Positions 60,169 to 64,000 of a stretch of DNA of 64,000 nucleotides are shown here, piece by piece; position 1 is the first letter of the stretch, and every line of letters begins with the position of its first letter. The notes under the pieces are model-generated. The model saw only the letters and a list, made by a program, of their open reading frames with translations, ran no database searches and had not been told where the DNA came from. A program made the position numbers and the translations under genes. Origin of the DNA: Nitrospirota bacterium (GTDB lineage: Bacteria > Nitrospirota > UBA9217); NCBI GenBank assembly GCA_035516175.1, contig DATJAO010000027.1, forward strand, positions 32,411 to 96,410, read 5' to 3'.

Positions 60169-61515
60169 TCAATCCCTCATTCCGTACTTTTTCATCTTTT
60201 CATATAGTGTTGAATACGCAATGCCGAGCATCTTTGCGGCCTCGGTCTTGTTTCCGGATACTGATTTGAGCGTGGCGTGAATCGCGGCCTTTTCGATGTC
60301 TTCCAGCGTCTTGCCGTCCAAGCCTTCGAGGGTGGCTGTTTTCTCCCCTTGGGAGAGGAAAAGGTCTTTTGCTTCGATCTTACCGCCATCGCTCAGTGCA
60401 GCTGCCCGTCCAAGGACGTTCTTGAGTTCCCGCACGTTCCCAGGCCAGGAATATGCCATCAGTGCTGCGGCGGCCTCGGGAGAGAGGGCATTAACCTTCT
60501 TGCCGATTTCGGAGGATATTCCCGCGAGTAGATATTCGGTGATTGTTTCAATATCCTCCTTCCTTTTCCTGAGCGGGGGCATGTACACCCGCACTACTGA
60601 GAGCCGGTAAAAGAGGTCTTCACGGAACCTTCCAGCCTTTACTTCTTTTTCGAGGTACTTGTTCGTCGCGGAGACGACTCGGACATTTACCGGAATGGGT
60701 TTGTCGGCTCCCACCCGCTTGATCTCGCGCTGGTCAAGGGCTCGAAGGAGCTTTGGCTGGAGATCGAGAGAGAGTTCGCCGATTTCATCGAGGAAGATGG
60801 TTCCGCCATCGGCAAGTTCGAATGCTCCCTGCCGGGACTTGACTGCGTCGGTGAATGCGCCCTTTTCGTGGCCGAAAAGCTCACTCTCGATGAGGTTCGG
60901 TGCTACCGCGCCGCAGTCGAAGACGACAAAGGGGCCGCTCGCCCTGCGGCTGTAGCGGTGAATAGCCCGTGCCGCGAGCTCCTTGCCCGTGCCGGTCTCG
61001 CCCTCAAGGAGCACAGTAACGTCTGTTGGAGCGATGCGCTCGAGAATGCCATAGACCTCCTGCATGGTGGGTGATGAGCCGAGAAGTTCGCCAAAGCGGT
61101 GTGCGTCGCTTTTCAGGATTTCGATGCGCTCTTCCAGCGGCGAGAAGGAGATCTCGGTCTGTCCCAGACGCATGACAGATCCCGGTGTGAGATACGCTTC
61201 GCGTACTTGTACGCCGTCGAGGTAAGTCCCGTTAGTGCTGTTGAGATCGCGGATCACATAGCCGTCAGCTTTTTCCTCGACTACCGCGTGCCTCCGTGAA
61301 ACTGTGTGGTCCGTAAGCACGAGATCGTTCTCAGGGAGAGTGCCGATCGAGACTAGGGCCTTCTGGAGCATCGTCTCTTTCCCCGCATCCCGGCCGTTGA
61401 CAACTGAGAGCCGTACCTTCCTGAATATGAACGGCCCCCTGTTACGGACGACTAATATCTCGGTCCTGTCTGCATCTCTCCCGGATGCGGTGCTTTTTTT
61501 CCCGGAATTTTTCAT
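60169..61515 (-). CDS. FHA-domain sigma54 enhancer-binding protein (FHA-AAA+-HTH, no receiver)
   Basis: FHA ([13 protein letters not shown]), [56 protein letters not shown]. Confidence 0.95.
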   Translation of the reverse strand: MKNSGKKSTASGRDADRTEILVVRNRGPFIFRKVRLSVVNGRDAGKETMLQKALVSIGTLPENDLVLTDHTVSRRHAVVEEKADGYVIRDLNSTNGTYLDGVQVREAYLTPGSVMRLGQTEISFSPLEERIEILKSDAHRFGELLGSSPTMQEVYGILERIAPTDVTVLLEGETGTGKELAARAIHRYSRRASGPFVVFDCGAVAPNLIESELFGHEKGAFTDAVKSRQGAFELADGGTIFLDEIGELSLDLQPKLLRALDQREIKRVGADKPIPVNVRVVSATNKYLEKEVKAGRFREDLFYRLSVVRVYMPPLRKRKEDIETITEYLLAGISSEIGKKVNALSPEAAAALMAYSWPGNVRELKNVLGRAAALSDGGKIEAKDLFLSQGEKTATLEGLDGKTLEDIEKAAIHATLKSVSGNKTEAAKMLGIAYSTLYEKMKKYGMRD

Positions 61516-61644
61516 TTCTCCATTGTATCACAGTACAATAAAAATGATAATCAGGATTCCTCTTTTTGTGTTTACTTAACTCGTGATGCAGGCCTTTGTG
61601 CATATTGGTCCGGAGAAAGGGAGAAGCGTCATCACGTGACCACC

Positions 61645-61800
61645 CTCTCCTGCGATGCGGCAGGAGAAGTCCGATGCGTCGAACTTAGTGATCTGCCCAA
61701 TTCCGGAAACATTGTTCAAGAGCGATTGCCATGTGCTTCTCGTGCCGTTGCCGGGCGGCGTGAGCGCCCCCAGTCCCGTTATGACGACACGAGCTTTCAT
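61645..61800 (-). pseudogene. fabF: 5' fragment of beta-ketoacyl-ACP synthase II
   Basis: [19 protein letters not shown]...[27 protein letters not shown], then homology stops. Confidence 0.8.
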
Positions 61801-61867
61801 GGCGCACAGTATAAGACTTTTGTGCGTGCTTGTCAAAAACCTGAGGAGCGCGGCACAGGGAATAAGT

Positions 61868-61895
61868 TTGACAATGTCTTATTTTGTGGTATAGT
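61868..61895 (+). promoter_or_regulatory. sigma70 promoter of the DUF4912 gene
   Basis: TTGACA-16-TATAGT with extended TG. Confidence 0.55.
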
Positions 61896-61934
61896 TAGTG
61901 ATAGTTTAAATGCTGGAAAGATAGGGGGTTTGAG

Positions 61935-62843
61935 ATGAAAAAAGCTGAATTAGCCGTAAAGACCGTAGCAGAACTCAAAGCCCTAGCCAGGAAGAAAAAG
62001 ATATCGCTGCCCGCTGGGGCAAAGAAAGATGACATTATCAAGGCATTAATGGCGTCCGCCGTGAGCAAGAAAACCGGAAAACCAGCCGCAAAAAAGGCTG
62101 TGGCGCCAAAGCGCCCGGCACGGCGCGCCGTGGCTTCGGGGCCTGTCATAAAGACGGTCAAGGAGCCTGCAAAAGAGCAGACACGCAAGTGGAAAATGCC
62201 AGTGGGGGCTGAGGAGCCGCTTATGGCGCAGGAGCGAGTTGCCGAAGCCAAGTTCTACACGGGCCCCGTTCCTGAGCAGAAAGCGGCACCCGCAACTCGA
62301 CCGTACGAGGAGCTTCCTCCCGGCTATAGTGAAGAGAAGATTGTCCTCATGACGCGAGATCCTTACGTGGCACATGCCTATTGGGAGGTGACCCCGGCAC
62401 GGCTCGAACGGGAAAAGGCATGGTTAGGCTGGAACAGCAGGCTGTGCATACGTATTTACGACGTGACCGGCGTGCAGTTCGATGGCCGCAATGCGCTGGG
62501 CTATTATGACCAGGAGGTCTACGAACGGACCGGCAGCTGGTATTTTGATCTCGGAAGACCAACCCATTCATTCTGTGCCGACCTTGGCCTGCTTTCTCCC
62601 GAAGGTAAGTTCCTCACGCTCGCGCGGTCGAACTACGTCACCATGCCGAGGGACGGCGTGTCCGATGTTGTCGATGAGGAGTGGATGGTTGTGGATGAGG
62701 AGTTCTGGAAACTGTACGGCTATCCCGAGGGTTTCCCGGGAGGTATTTCGTCGCAGCAGGCCCAAGAGGTCGTGAGACGCAGACGCATGCAGGAGATATC
62801 CTCTCCCGGCATGTCCTTCCGCGGGAAGGTGAAGAGAAAGTAG
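61935..62843 (+). CDS. DUF4912 domain protein with Rho-N-like N-terminus
   Basis: KTVAELKALARK; IVLMTRDPYVAHAYWE, LCIRIYDVTG, LARSNYVTMPR; upstream of GH57 as commonly seen. Confidence 0.87.
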   Translation: MKKAELAVKTVAELKALARKKKISLPAGAKKDDIIKALMASAVSKKTGKPAAKKAVAPKRPARRAVASGPVIKTVKEPAKEQTRKWKMPVGAEEPLMAQERVAEAKFYTGPVPEQKAAPATRPYEELPPGYSEEKIVLMTRDPYVAHAYWEVTPARLEREKAWLGWNSRLCIRIYDVTGVQFDGRNALGYYDQEVYERTGSWYFDLGRPTHSFCADLGLLSPEGKFLTLARSNYVTMPRDGVSDVVDEEWMVVDEEFWKLYGYPEGFPGGISSQQAQEVVRRRRMQEISSPGMSFRGKVKRK

Positions 62844-62895
62844 CGGCATGCAGCAGGGTTTCGCTTCCGGACGGCCCTGCCTGTAACGATGGCAG

Positions 62896-62929
62896 AAAGT
62901 CCATCCTTCCTTGGATGGACTTTTCTTTT
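62896..62929 (+). terminator. Hairpin/terminator between DUF4912 and GH57
   Basis: AAAGTCCATCC-TTCCTT-GGATGGACTTT followed by a T-rich run. Confidence 0.6.
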
Positions 62930-63035
62930 GTAATTTCGGGAACACCACGAAAGAGAACTGTTTATGGGCAGGAAAATCCCGCGGAACAATAAAAACGAGC
63001 GGGCAAGTTCCGGCTCGGAAGGCGATGGAGGCCGA

Positions 63036-64000
63036 ATGGAAAAAGGTTATCTAGCACTGGTACTGCACAGCCATCTGCCCTTTGTACGGCACCCTGAATA
63101 TGACCAGTTCCTCGAAGAGGACTGGCTCTATGAGGCGATCACCGAAACCTATATACCGCTCATCAACGTGTTCGACGGACTGGTGAACGACGGCGTGGAT
63201 TTCCGCATCACCATGAGCCTCACGCCCACACTTATCGCCATGCTCACCGACCCGCTGCTTCAGCACCGGTACATTCGGCATATAAGCAAGCTGATCGAGC
63301 TCGCGGAGAAGGAGATAGACCGCACCAAAAACCAGCCTGAGTTCAACCCCATCGCCCGCATGTACCTGGAGATGTTCCGGAACGCCCGCTCGGTGTTCGA
63401 GGAGAAGTACGGACGCAACCTGGTCAGCGCATTCAAGAAGTTCCAGGACCTGGGCAAGCTGGAAATCATCACGTGCGGTGCAACACACGGATTCCTGCCA
63501 CTGATGGTGAACCCGAAGGCGGTACGCGCCCAGATCATGCTCGCCGTTCAGCATCACGAGAAACACCTCGGCAGGGCCCCGAAAGGCATATGGCTTCCGG
63601 AGTGCGGCTATTACGAAGGCCTAGACGAGATATTGAAGGAGGCCGGCATCCGCTATTTCTTTACGGACTCCCACGGCATCTTCCACGCATCACCCCGGCC
63701 TAAATACGGCGTGTATGCGCCGATCTACTGCCGCTCTGGCGTGGCCGCCTTCGGGAGGGACATCGAATCGTCCAAGCAGGTCTGGAGCTCCATCGAAGGC
63801 TATCCCGGAGATTACAATTATCGGGAGTTTTACCGGGACGTAGGGTTCGACCTCGACTATGACTATATCCGGCCCTATATCCACCCGGACGGCGTGCGCG
63901 TGAACCTGGGAATCAAATACTATAAGATCACGGGAACGTCGAACCACAAAGACCCCTATATCCGGCAATGGGCGCTCGAGAGGGCTGCGGCACACGCCGG
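63036..64000 (+). CDS. GH57 / DUF1957 1,4-alpha-glucan branching enzyme (runs off window end)
   Basis: MEKGYLALVLHSHLPFVRHPE...WLYEAITETY, TCGATHGFLP, GIWLPECGY, GYPGD..YREFYRD. Confidence 0.93.
   Translation, partial: MEKGYLALVLHSHLPFVRHPEYDQFLEEDWLYEAITETYIPLINVFDGLVNDGVDFRITMSLTPTLIAMLTDPLLQHRYIRHISKLIELAEKEIDRTKNQPEFNPIARMYLEMFRNARSVFEEKYGRNLVSAFKKFQDLGKLEIITCGATHGFLPLMVNPKAVRAQIMLAVQHHEKHLGRAPKGIWLPECGYYEGLDEILKEAGIRYFFTDSHGIFHASPRPKYGVYAPIYCRSGVAAFGRDIESSKQVWSSIEGYPGDYNYREFYRDVGFDLDYDYIRPYIHPDGVRVNLGIKYYKITGTSNHKDPYIRQWALERAAAHA

Overview
Ordinary bacterial chromosome segment, most likely from an anaerobic Nitrospirota- or Desulfobacterota-like organism (inferred from gene content; not determined). 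I found no rRNA, tRNA or CRISPR array. Housekeeping genes: xerC (partial), topA, smg, nth, a stand-alone infA, gltB, class II FBP aldolase, bifunctional FBP aldolase/phosphatase, apbE, SufC/SufB-type minimal Fe-S system and a GH57 branching enzyme (partial). Signalling genes: PAS kinases, HD-GYP, GGDEF/EAL, PilZ, STAS, CheR and two sigma54 activators. There is also an arsenic-resistance cluster. Highlights: (1) a PP2C-vWA-FHA-(TM/FHA/vWA/FHA)-Ser/Thr kinase operon preceded by a sigma54 -24/-12 motif and an IHF consensus site, facing an FHA-domain sigma54 activator, which suggests a closed phosphothreonine/sigma54 circuit; (2) a MarR-DsrE2-TusA-DsrM-like-DsrK/HdrD-like sulfur-relay/membrane reductase operon without dsrABC; (3) a HesB-like selenoprotein missed by the ORF track (in-frame UGA plus SECIS-like hairpin); (4) a GEMM-I-like cyclic-dinucleotide riboswitch candidate; (5) an ArsC-Acr3 fusion explainable by one extra G; (6) a TnpB remnant with an intact right end; (7) many eroded gene fossils in intergenic spaces (dprA, cobO/btuR, DUF1761, nitroreductase, rhodanese-ferritin, thioredoxin, ABC ATPase, fabF). 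All family assignments are motif recognition by eye, not database searches.
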